The notes under the pieces were generated by a model, which was given only the letters and a program-made list of their open reading frames with translations, made no database searches and was not told where the DNA came from. Of a DNA stretch of 64,000 nt, positions 12,201 to 23,456 are shown one piece after another (the first letter of the stretch is position 1; each line of letters starts with the position of its first letter). Both the position numbers and the translations under genes were made by a program. This DNA comes from Paraphysomonas bandaiensis. Lineage: Eukaryota; Protista; Chrysophyceae. The stretch is from NCBI GenBank assembly GCA_965644295.1, contig CBFFRP010000169.1, positions 187,721 to 251,720 of the forward strand, in the 5' to 3' direction.

Positions 12201-13413
12201 CATATATGACATACATTATACATCATATATATCATTGCATACATACTACACTTCACACTTATAACACTGTATGCTGTGTTGGTACTGATTCTTCTCTAGC
12301 TGCAGATAGGAGGAATTAGATATCAATATAGTGCATTCACATTCATCTATACCTTCTTCTATCTCTATATGTATGTGTATTACCATCTATATCCATTATC
12401 ACACTCTTATCACTTGCATACTGTATGGCATATAGTGCTCGTGCTTGTATAAGATCCAAGTCTTGTCATAAGCACGATCTGCATGTATACATGACATGAA
12501 TATGACGTATGTATGGTATATGTACACATTGTATCACCTGAGGGTCCATTCATCTTGTCATGAGGCCATTGGTACTCTCTGTGTGGTCTTCATATTCCTG
12601 TGGAGCGCAGTGGACTCTAACTCCTCGTGTTCATGATGTTTGGAGCCGTGACTTGCGTCGGACGTCTGTCATTATGGACTTGACTAGGGTGCCAAGTTTC
12701 ATCGTCTATCTCTTACTAGTTATGGAGCGTTGGCATGTATCTGCAATGAGCGTTAAGAGCATCATCATCTTCAGTCTCTTCTCAACTGTTGTTTTTGTCG
12801 TATGCTGTATTTGCTGTATTTGCTGTATACTCCTGGATGCTACTCTGGTATGCGGGATGTATATGACCTTGTACTCCTCTGTATATGCGATTGTATGATG
12901 CTGTATATGATTCTGAGTATACAGTATTGTGCTGTTGTATATTTGTATATGGTCTATAGTACAGTGACGGTATATTGTCGAGTACAAGCATATGATTGGA
13001 CGATATTCTCATTTTGGTGTGCTGGAGACTCTTTTGGTTGGAGTTGGTCTTCATAGCATTCTACGGGAGTGTTCCAGAAAACTGATATGTCCACATAATC
13101 AACCAAATCTTGTATAATCTTTTGTAGAATATTGTTCTAGATGTTATTGTGTGTTTCTAGATAGCTTGTAGAACATGAGTGGTTCTTTATGAGTTGTTTT
13201 GTGTTCTGCTTGCTGTTCAGATTTATGTTATAGTGCCTTACACCTTAACACGTAGTTAGAGGTGTCTAATTATAAGAGCTTGGGGGTGCCTGAGCTGTTG
13301 TAAGGCTTAATAACAAACATATTCCTCTTCTTCTTTTCCTTTCTTCTTTCTTACATTTCCTTATTATTCATATATAGTGGCTGCACCCGGTGTTATACCT
13401 CGGGTTAGCTATA
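9293..13413 (+). mobile_element. Non-autonomous LTR retrotransposon: LTRs 9293-10795 and 11911-13413, 4-bp TSD ATAT
   Basis: Two 1503-bp direct repeats (TGTAAC...GCTATA) with about a dozen substitutions. PPT aaaagaggaaagcaagggtag lies immediately before the 3' LTR. ATAT at 9289-9292 and 13414-13417. No pol. Confidence 0.9.
10895..11521 (+). CDS. Internal ORF of the LTR element, 208 aa, helical/coiled-coil N-terminus (gag-like remnant?)
   Basis: ATG-initiated ORF about 100 bp after the 5' LTR. No RT/IN motifs. Confidence 0.5.
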   Translation: MELASRTTFSKDVEEIFDRYERRMEQHIQEMSQKTLDMISQLGQQFVGQILEVLQKSEQMLENPSDAPVSCPEITTTEAADHKQEDCASSQQELGMEPKASMVQEDGNAVSRVSIPGTETINADANRLSIHVRVQGVQQLRSSQREMICSSPGKSSLVLTNKSFLPNPVQGIMGDFQNIPGFIRPYTWVMAIFEEHGPGPPPWVRLEC

Positions 13414-14344
13414 ATATAGGCAAACTTATACTTTATATTACTTGTAAACACATACTGTCAATCGTTGTATTTAAGATCTACGTATTATATATATAGCTAC
13501 TACTTTACTATGACTAGTACTTATTATTCAAGTTCGCATCGACTATAACGATATCATATTATTATTATAAATATCAACATGTCAACACACAGATACACAC
13601 ACATTCAGAACGCTCGTATATATAATATGCATACACACACAAACGCACAGATGACATATTCTCATATATATAAAGTCATGAACACTGATGCTTATATGTA
13701 GCATTATTGTAGGTAGAGTACACCCATATAAACCTAGTAAACATAAGGAAAACGTACATACATGTGCATATAAGTACATACAAAAGTATACATAATATAT
13801 ATATATATGTAGAGACATAAAACATACACATTCGTGGAGAGGTAGTTCGGGACAAAGTCTTGAGAATAGCCAACAAAGACTAGACATGTTTAGACATTCA
13901 ACAATCATCAGCTGCACTCGCCGTAAAGCCCATTTAATCGACAAATATGGCAGTAATTGCATTGTAGATGTAACAAGACCCTAATAAGCTGAATGATTGC
14001 AATATATTAGGTATCCTACATATATGACATGAGTGAACACTACTTGCTGTGACCCTACAGCACCGTAACATGATGGGGTTCCTGCAACCAACAATCTACT
14101 AGTAAAGGGTTAGGGTTAGACTTTACGGTAGTTCTTGCCGGGAGTGGACTTGGCTATCGGGATATATAGGTTAATCACCTGATGCAGAAGTTGCATCCTA
14201 TCCTTGCGAGCTTCGCCCTGGTGTGAGATGGCATTGTAGAGGAGATGGATGGAATTAAAGTCCATGTCTATGTCCTGTAGAAGGTCACGCAGGCGACATA
14301 TTATAGCATTCTTGTGTAGGTCTCAGCCTTAGCCTGGTAGAGGA

Positions 14345-14670
14345 CATCTGGGAATCCGAAGAAGGTGACGTAGCTACATTGACTATACAAGATGAGTATC
14401 AATGCTATAACGGATTACAGGAAATGATAGGGTCTCGGGGGATAATTGGAGAAGTAGGGTTGAAAATTGACAAGCCCACACCATCATTCCTGGATAGTCA
14501 ATGTGCTCAGGATATATCTGAAAACCCAGTGCGACACCAACGATAAAAAAATATTGAGAATAAGTATCATATGATTAGAGAGTACGTGGATGCCAAACAA
14601 TTTAATACAGCGAAATAAATTCATGTGAGCAGTCGGCAACAGATGGCTGATATATATGCCAAGACTTTGT
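14345..14670 (+). pseudogene. Ty1/copia RNase H remnant
   Basis: Translates as ...PTPSFLDSQCAQDISENPVRHQR*KNIENKYHMIREYV...QQMADIYAKTL, matching the copia D-N-x-x-A...NP..H.R.KHI...H..RE...QxADxxTK pattern, with internal stops. Confidence 0.85.
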
Positions 14671-15948
14671 GTGGTATTGAACAGAGGGAGCGAACTCTTG
14701 GAAAACAATTTAAGACCACTGAACACACTTTATCGCAGAGGTACCCAAGGTAAAAGAGAGCTCGACGTGTCTTGTGGTGTGAATGAATGGTGGGAGCTAG
14801 CAATACCAGCGGAGTCATCCGTCCACCAGTGTCCTAAGAGGTTCGGTGGTTGCGTAGTATCCGATAGCAATGCTTTTCACAAATCTTAGAATAGTTGACT
14901 ACATCCAATTGAGTGATGGTGTTGATTTCTGCAATATGATGTGATATATATATTGTGCAATTGAAGTGAATTAATAGTGTACAATAGGTGAAGTCAACTC
15001 ATAGGTGTTACGGGTGATCATAGTTACAAAGGAATTAAATTCAGTTACTGATGTGCTGATGTGTGACTATATAAGATATAGGAGTGACTGGTGAACATAT
15101 GATAAACAGGTGTTGGTGAGAACAGATGATTTACCAGCAGATGTTACATATATATGTATGTAGTGAAGTATTCAGATTAAGATTAATAATTATAATTTCT
15201 TACTTGAAAGTACATAGTGTTCAACATAACAAGGTTAAGGCTTACGTGTAGAGCAAAGTTAACTTCAGTGAAATGCCCAATTCTAACATGGTGTAGTAGA
15301 GAGTAGAGATAAATCGAGTTGGTGAATGACAATGAATGGTGTATGTTGACTAATGACCATTTTCAGATGATTAAGATCGTTGTAAGAGAAGTTTAAGTTA
15401 GTCAAACTAGATAGATTTCTTTATTATAATTGTATACACAATTGTGTGTGTTGTCATGTGACACATGTCAACAACATGATAAACTATTTCGTTCATGTCA
15501 ACCACTGCTCAACTTCCGTATCTTGAATCGTCATGATATAATACTTCAGTTTCACAGTTATAGCTATATAGCACCTTTGACTATTGACTACGTATTACTG
15601 TTTTTCACATTGTATTTAACGTATTCTACAGTACTATCTTAGAGAACCATACGTATTCCAACAGTGTATGATATCTCTTATAATTTTTCTGCTTTAAGAA
15701 GTGTTTATCTAAGCTTTCATACTAAGTTCAACTACTAATTATGTCGTTATCTAACAGAAACACCACTTCTAGAAGTAGCTATGGAGAAGTAGGTAGAGTT
15801 ATACGGGATTTTAGATATAGAAGAATTATACAGTAAAAGGATATAGTAAGCACAGTTAAGTGTTGGTGAAGTTAAGCGCTATCTATCTACCTTCTCTTGC
15901 ACACATGGATAAGGATGACATATACACTGAAACCCACAGAGATGATGC

Positions 15949-16951
15949 TCAATCACCCGATGTTTCCACACTGAGTACTCTGCATGCAATAGCATATCCT
16001 TTGAGATCTTCTGCACGGTTGAAAAAAAGCGAATACAACCCGAGAGAAATGTCAAAATCAAAACTTGTGTCTTGTGACAATATGATTTTTAGAAATTTCA
16101 CCAAGTAAACTTTATTGATCGTACTTCCACCAGAAGAAGATGTTACAGTCACACTGTGAGATGTGTGTAACGACCACGTACCAGGTGTGTTAATTTCCGG
16201 AGCTACCTGGCTGAAGTAAAATTTTTTCAGAAAATCATATTTGCCAGATATGAACAACTGAACGCCAATATCATCGAATGATTCTGATGTAAAATAAAAC
16301 TCTTGAATCAGTCCAGGGTGTGCGAGTTTCCATCCCCACGACTCTGTCACTAAACGTGGAATTTCTCCGTACGTAAGCTTGCCATGGCGCCACATGTTAG
16401 TCAATGACGTCATTTTGGTCGGCGTTATGTTAAGTTTACTTGCTGAAAACGAATAAATCATTTTTCAATAATTTATTGAACGCATTACCTGGGATTGCTG
16501 AGCTTGCTCCATTCCGCTCAGATACTGGATTGCCAATAGACATGTCTGCAAACAAGTTTTCAATTGATGGATCGCCCTCACCATGATCAAAACATCCACG
16601 ACTGTCAGTAATATCTGCACAAGTAGCATTAGTTCTTTCTTTTTCTCTAGTTGACTGTGTGCCACCCCCCCCGCCGCTATTATCAGCAGTATCAGTATCA
16701 TTTGCTAAAACAGTTCCATTCTCGTCACAATCTGCGCATTTCGTTGATACTTGTAAAGTTCCGCCATCAGTTCCAATCCTACGACACTGTAAACAAGGGT
16801 GTCGTTCACACTCTCTGGAATTGTCAATCCTACTATCGCTAGTATTTGAATCACATTGAGAATCACTCCTACTCCAAGTAATGGAATATCTGTGCGCAGA
16901 ATGGTCGACAGATCGTTTGGAATTTATTTCAGACCCTTCATCACCATGCAT
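15949..16951 (-). CDS. Hypothetical protein in two overlapping ORFs (frameshift or intron near 16440); possibly a pseudogene
   Basis: ORFs 16436-16951 and 15949-16461 with protein-like composition. No recognised motif. Confidence 0.35.
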
Positions 16952-17397
16952 TTATTTAAGTGCGTTGCTGTTCAATGGCCGAGTTCAGGAACACATTCGA
17001 TGCCGAAGGATGGTCACTATTTAAAGGCGACTACAACTATGACACCGACATCATCATACTTCGGATAGTTTCGGTTCAGCTCCCTTGCAGGATCTCATAG
17101 TTAACGAGTGTGTAATTCTACAACCTAAACTAAAAAATCCCCTGGTTTTTCACTCAAAAATGTTACAAAACTACAAGAGAGAATAAGTTTTTCTTGTGTA
17201 AATCGGGGGGTTTTCATACTTTTGATCATTAGAAAAATTCCGCTTTTGACCTAGAACAACTGAAAACGAAATGCCTGTTAAAGATACTGTTGGATATTTG
17301 TTCTTTATTAAAGATCACGAACACATACAATTGAAGTGAAGTCTGAAGTGTGTTCTGTTTGTTCCATATGGAAATGAACGCATGAATATCGATATGG

Positions 17398-17691
17398 TTG
17401 AAGCTGTATGAGGTAGCAGCACTGATCGCTTCAATGTCTCAGATCACACCTCCATCCATAGCCGATCCTGTCGATGTCGATGTCGACGGAGAGGAGACCG
17501 TTACCCTCACAGCTGCTGAGGTGCGTGCCTTACTTGAAAGAGTAGCGAACGCCAGAGCTCTAGCTGAAGAAAGCGCCAGAGCTGAAGAAAGCGCCAGAGC
17601 TGTAGCTGAAGAAAACGCCAGAGCTGAGTTTTATAAGAGGTATGCATTCCACTTCTGTCAATCTGTAGATTGTATTCACGTGTTCAACTGA
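17398..17691 (+). CDS. Small coiled-coil repeat-family ORF, copy with expanded AEESAR repeats
   Basis: ORF track. Homologous to 2141-2392. Confidence 0.45.
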   Translation: MKLYEVAALIASMSQITPPSIADPVDVDVDGEETVTLTAAEVRALLERVANARALAEESARAEESARAVAEENARAEFYKRYAFHFCQSVDCIHVFN

Positions 17692-18788
17692 TAGTCTTCT
17701 AATAAGCGAGCAAGTTTGGAAGCTTTCGTCGTCATTGTGGGCGTGGCTTTGTACATCGTCTTCAAAGACGAAGACGTTGTAGTTGCACTAGCACTCGTGC
17801 TAGTTGCATTTTTTTTTTGTTCATGGATGAGATAACTACGAGGGTGATGATGAGGAAGCACCTTCGCTCAGCCGATTCATCATATGCAAAACTCCATCTA
17901 AAAAGTGCTGATCATGTTCTTATTTTTCTGGAGCTCTACGTTATTGTAAATTCTTCCCTTTGTATTCGAATCTGTCCATAGTATTCACGATATATGCGTT
18001 AAGGACCTGTGTTGATGTTGTGATCATTAGTGTAATTGATAAACACAGTAGTTATTATAGAAAAGTGAATAATAATGCAGGACATAACATGACTACCGTT
18101 ATGATGACGATCAAGTATCTTCAACACATACACTCATTAATTCAGTTTATGATGTATTTGTTCATTAACTTTATATTTCACATATACTATCATATATTCA
18201 TATATTACGATGAATCCTACTTTCCCCCACAATGAAATAATCACCATAGACATTCCATGGCATTCAACTTCAATATTCGGCTCAACAGAAGCTCACTTCC
18301 TCTATCCTAATTATGATAATGACAGTCATATGTACGACGTACATTACGTGATTTCATTCATACCAGTATACATAATACATACCATTCATTTGAAACAATA
18401 TGAATTCTCATTTGTTTTCTTAAAGTTAATCAGGGAACATCTATTTCTTTTTACAGCAAGCAAGCTACTAAAAATTATACTTCTAACTATTCCGTTGTGT
18501 ATGATGGTTATGTCCTGCATTATTATTCACTTTTCTACAATAATTACTGTGTTCATCACATTACACTCTAATGATCACAACATTACTAAGCTTACTATTA
18601 CTAAGCTTAAATCTGCATTTAACGCATCATCACCCTCGTAGTTATCTCATCCATATGAACAAACAAAAAAATGCAACTAGCACGAGTGCTAGTGCAACTA
18701 CAACGTCTTCGTCTTTGAAGACGATGTACAAAGCCACGCCCACAATGACGATGAAAGCTTCCAAACTTGCTCGCTTATTAGAAGACTA

Positions 18789-19025
18789 TCAGTTGAACAC
18801 GTGAATACAATCTACAGATTGACAGAAGTGGAATGCATACCTCTTATAAAACTCAGCTCTGGCGCTTTCTTCAGCTAGAGCATCTCGTAAGGCACGCACC
18901 TCAGCAGCTGTGAGTGTAACGGTCTCCTCTCCATCGACATCGACATCGACATCGACAGGATCGGCTGTGGATGGAGGTGTGATCTGAGACATTGAAGCGA
19001 GTGCTGCTACCTCATACAGCTTCAA
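18789..19025 (-). CDS. Small coiled-coil repeat-family ORF
   Basis: ORF track. In-frame deletion relative to other copies. Confidence 0.45.
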   Translation of the reverse strand: MKLYEVAALASMSQITPPSTADPVDVDVDVDGEETVTLTAAEVRALRDALAEESARAEFYKRYAFHFCQSVDCIHVFN

Positions 19026-19049
19026 CCCTATTCATGCGTTCATTTCCAT

Positions 19050-19200
19050 CGTATCGGCAGTCAGCATCTTATTTTTCGGTAATTAATTGAAGTAAAATTA
19101 CTCTATATTACTTACATACAACTACGGCTGGAATACATATAATTGTTGTCTCAATATTAGAGGCATATGTGAACAAAAATATACACAGGATGCCTATACG
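19050..19200. mobile_element. 151-bp MITE with imperfect TIR CGTATCGGCA/TGCCTATACG and 2-bp TSD AT
   Basis: Interrupts ccat^atgg, which is uninterrupted in the other copies (2419, 17363, 21241). Confidence 0.75.
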
Positions 19201-19216
19201 ATATGGAACAAACAAC

Positions 19217-19390
19217 CAGGGGGTGGTTGTGCATATCGATTTCATAGATTTGTTCGTTTCCTTCATCGAAAAATCATCGTTTTTTCAGTGAAAAGTGAAA
19301 ACATGTGACTTTTAAATGAAAAAACGATGATTTTTCGATGAAATAAGCGATGAACAAATCTATGAAATCGATATGCACAACCACCCCCTG
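19217..19390. mobile_element. hAT-like MITE hairpin at the palindrome centre
   Basis: cagggggtggttgtgcatatcgatttcatagatttgttc ... gaacaaatctatgaaatcgatatgcacaaccaccccctg. Confidence 0.7.
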
Positions 19391-19433
19391 GTTGTTTGTT
19401 CCATATGGAATGAACGCATGAATATCGATATGG

Positions 19434-19694
19434 TTGAAGCTGTATGAGGTAGCAGCACTGATCGCTTCAATGTCTCAGATCACACCTCCATCCATAGCCG
19501 ATCCTGTCGATGTCGATGTCGATGTCGATGGAGAGGAGACCGTTACCCTCACAGCTGCGGAGGTGCGTGCCTTACGTGAAAGAGTAGCGAACGCTGAAAG
19601 AGCTGTAGCTGAAGAAAACGCCAGAGCTGAGTTTTATCAGAGGTATGCATTCCTCTTCTGTCAATCTGTAGATTGTATTCACGTGTTCATCTGA
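19434..19694 (+). CDS. Small coiled-coil repeat-family ORF
   Basis: ORF track. Confidence 0.45.
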   Translation: MKLYEVAALIASMSQITPPSIADPVDVDVDVDGEETVTLTAAEVRALRERVANAERAVAEENARAEFYQRYAFLFCQSVDCIHVFI

Positions 19695-20950
19695 TAGTCT
19701 TCTAATAAGCGAGCAAGTTTGGAAGCTTTCATCGTCATTGTGGGCGTGGCTTTGTGCATCGTCTTCAAAGACGAAGACGTTGTAGTTGCACTAGCACTCG
19801 TGCTAGTTGCATTTTTTTGTTTGTTCATATGGCTGAGATAACTACGAGGGTGATGATGCGTTAAATGCAGATTTAAGCTTAGTAATAGTAAGCTTAGTAA
19901 TGTTGTGATCATTAGAGTGTAATGTGATGAACACAGTAATTATTGTAGAAAAGTGAATAATAATGCAGGACATAACCATCATACACAACGGAATAGTTAG
20001 AAGTATAATTGACAATGACTATTGTTATAACTTTAGACAAGGGACGATACTCGATACTTTATACTCTTTATCCCTAGGTCAAATTGTTGCTTATTCTCAT
20101 TTTGAAAATTTAATATTAGATTCTTGTGTAGCTTTTTTAGTAGCTTGCTTGCTGTAAAAAGAAATAGATGTTCCCTGATTAACATGATTAAGAAAACAAA
20201 TGAGAATTCATATTGTTTCAAATGAATGGTATGTATACTGGTATGAATGAAATCGCGTACAATGTACGTCGTACATATGACTGTCATTATCATAATTAGG
20301 ATAGAAGTGAGCTTCTGTTGAACCGAATATTGAAGTTGAATGCCATGGAATGTCTATGGTGATTATTTCATTGTGGGGGCGAAATAGGATTCATCGTAAT
20401 ATATGAATATATGATAGTATATGTGAAATATAAAGTTAATGAAATACATCATAAACTGAATTAATGAGTGTATGTGTTGAAGATACTTGATCGTCATCAT
20501 AACGGTAGTCATTGTCAATTATACTTCTCACTGTTCCGTTGTGTATGATAGTTATGTCCTGCATTATTATTCACTTTTCTATAATAACTAGTGTGTTTAT
20601 CAATTACACTAATGATCACAACATCAACACAGGTCCTTAACGCATATATCGTGAATACTATGGACAGATTCGAATACAAAGGGAAGAATTTACAATAACG
20701 TAGAGCTCCAGAAAAATAAGAACATGATCAGCACTTTTTAGATGGAGTTTTGCATATGATGAATCGGCTGAGCGAAGGTGCTTCCTCATCATCACCCTCG
20801 TAGTTATCTCAGCCATATGAACAAACAAAAAAATGCAACTAGCACGAGTGCTAGTGCAACTACAACGTCTTCGTCTTTGAAGACGATGTACAAAGCCACG
20901 CCCACAATGACGATGAAAGCTTCCAAACTTGCTCGCTTATTAGAAGACTA

Positions 20951-21214
20951 TCAGATGAACACGTGAATACAATCTACAGATTGACAGAAGAGGAATGCAT
21001 ACCTCTTATAAAACTCAGCTCTGGCGCTTTCTTCAGCTACAGCTCTTTCAGCGTTCGCTACTCTTTCACGTAATGCACGCACCTCAGCAGCTGTGAGGGT
21101 AACGGTCTCCTCTCCATCGACATCGACATCGACATCGACATCGACAGGATCGGCTGTGGATGGAGGTGTGATCTGAGACATTGAAGCGAGTGCTGCTACC
21201 TCATACAGCTTCAA
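20951..21214 (-). CDS. Small coiled-coil repeat-family ORF
   Basis: ORF track. VD repeat expanded in frame. Confidence 0.45.
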   Translation of the reverse strand: MKLYEVAALASMSQITPPSTADPVDVDVDVDVDGEETVTLTAAEVRALRERVANAERAVAEESARAEFYKRYAFLFCQSVDCIHVFI

Positions 21215-21599
21215 CCATATCGATATTCATGCGTTCATTTCCATATGGAACAAACAGAACACACTTCAGACTTCACTTCAATTGTATGTGTTCGTGATCT
21301 TTAGTAAAGAACAAATATCCAACAGTATCTTTAACAGGCATTTCGTTTTCAGTTTACTAAAAGATTACCATATTGTACATACTCTGTACAGTACATGTAT
21401 ACGGTATACGCACGTATTGCATACTATGATACTGTGTATCATAATCTAGATATATACATACATATGAGCATATATGCATTGCCAGAGGCACAGATACACA
21501 ATACCCATTACCTACAGAGCGTACACAGAGCTCCACAGCCTACCACCGCTATGTATGTATGTACGCCGCCTCCTTGATTTACCTGGAACACTCTTACCT

Positions 21600-22596
21600 A
21601 ATCAGTATTCCAATACTAGACAACCAAGTAAGAAACCCTCATCATTAGGTGGAAAACTTCGTCAGGCAATTGAAGATTTACAAAAAAATATTCCTGTTAA
21701 TTGTGAAAAAAACAATTTGACTGATTTATTAGAAGAATATTTTCATTTCCCGTAAATCGGAATTAATTCTTCATGGTGTGTTTGCTGTAAATATTGGCGA
21801 TGAAGGGAAACTTCAGTTATACTCGGAAAAAGAGATTGAGGAATCAACTGCAAGAGAATTGTTTACTGAGCTATCGGGTGTTGACAATCGGGCTGATTTA
21901 TTGAATCGAATCACCGTGAGTGTGCTTTTACCTGCTGCAAAGTTTTCACCACCGATTGCTATAAGAAGTAGCTTGTTAGGTAGTTCTTCAATATTTGGAT
22001 ACGGAACTCTGACTCCTGTACTTGGAGAATTTGGCTTGTTTGGAATCACAGCCAAGCATTGTTAACTGCCTCCAACTGAACACCTACCAACAAGCGATGA
22101 ATATATTGATGTCTTTAGGTATCCGTTGTTGTCGAGCCTTACGACACGCCATATGCAGGAAGCCCCTGAAACGATTGGTGTGTTCTCAAATGAATGTCTT
22201 AGCTCGAATGATGATATTGTAGTTATAATGTTATCAGAGAACAATTCATATATGATTAATGAAGTTCACCCAGACATAACCATACGGTTGGGTGACAAGT
22301 CAAAAACCAAAGGTATTGCAACACGAAAAGGCAACGTAGTGAAAGTGGGTATATCCACATTGACAACGTTGGGGAAAATATGTGATATTACACCTGCGGG
22401 AGATTTTGTTGTAAGATCAATTCACTGTTGTTGTTTTGCAGCTCCGGGTGATTCAGGGTCATTGGTTGTATCATATAACAATGATGCTGACGATGGCGTT
22501 GTGCTAGGTATCATAACAAGGACACAAAATACTGGACGAGCGTGGTGTGTACCAAATTCGGCGTTGTACGATATTGACTTAATTAAAGATTGTTAA
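21600..22596 (+). pseudogene. Trypsin-like (PA clan, Nal1/Ssy5-like) serine protease, disrupted
   Basis: GTL...GITAKHC (His), DDIVVI (Asp) and FAAPGDSGSLVV (Ser) lie in one frame, 21778-22596, broken by TAA at 22063-22065. There is a frame change near 21750. Confidence 0.7.
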
Positions 22597-22898
22597 TTTT
22601 GTGTTGGGACAAAGACACATGACCTTGTTACATAAAACCATTTTTATTTTCGTAGGCAGTTAAGAGTTTGTTAATTAGCACAAAACAAAACATCATGTGC
22701 TGACAAGGTATCGAGTATCGAACAACAGAACAGTCTAGAACTATGTGCCAGAAGCACTAACTAGATCTACATAATAGTACTTGTGTTATCAATAATCAAT
22801 ACAACATGCATGATTACGAGAAACCCCACGCATTCTGGAGGGGCTAATCCAGTACCTTTCTAGTTTCTTGGTCTACACAACTACACAATAGTACATAC

Positions 22899-22949
22899 TA
22901 GGGCTAGGAAACAATAAATTGTATTGCAATATATTGTTTCCTATCCCCG
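22899..22949. mobile_element. 51-bp hAT-like MITE
   Basis: tagggctaggaaacaata...tattgtttcctatccccg; flanks gtacatac/gtacatgg (degenerate 8-bp TSD). Confidence 0.5.
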
Positions 22950-23456
22950 GTACATGGCACATACGTACATACATGTACTACATACATGAGCCAAGTATTA
23001 CCAAAAGAATTCCCGTGTAGTACTTTCTTCGCCACACACGGTTACATTATTGACTTTTTGTACAGGCCAGAGTGAAAATACTTTATGTTGTCAGCCAAGA
23101 TGGAGAACGGGGGTGTGGCAGGTAGGGAGAGCGTGTAATGTATAATTCGCGCAAAACCTTAGCACTATATGTGTCGCTTGCCTAATGTACCGGCGGTGAG
23201 TCTACACTGTGGCTATACTCTCGGAATGGGACAAGTACAGATAAAACATATATAATTAATCGGTGATTCAGCTTCTCATATTGAATTTTCATGAGCATCA
23301 TTATTTCAGGAAATAGAGTTCTTAATTAATATTTTCTTTTATACCATGAATTATCAGATATCCTTTTGGGATAGGCCATAGACTACTCATCGCAACAGCT
23401 GTGTAGAGAATATTACATCATATCTACTAGTGAGCGTTGCTCAATCTGTGAACAAG

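Larger units (their letters stand above)
17258..21354. repeat. ~4.1-kb nested palindrome (foldback-like), centre ~19300
   Basis: aactgaaaacgaaatgcctgttaaag (17258) is the reverse complement of ctttaacaggcatttcgttttcagtt (ending 21354). Each arm itself contains an inverted pair of the small-ORF unit. Confidence 0.9.

Noticed and set aside
9365-13056. His/Tyr/Cys-rich short ORFs duplicated in both LTRs
   Set aside because: Low-complexity LTR sequence read in several overlapping frames.
14107-14119. gggttagggttag telomere-like motif
   Set aside because: Only two units, compatible with chance.
19285-19320. Flip/flop loop orientation between MITE copies, suggesting viral hairpin termini
   Set aside because: Loop orientation agrees with the orientation of the adjoining arm, so no inversion needs to be invoked.
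22063-22065. Alternative genetic code or stop read-through
   Set aside because: Conserved genes end at normal TAA/TAG/TGA and have no internal stops, so a nonsense mutation is simpler.
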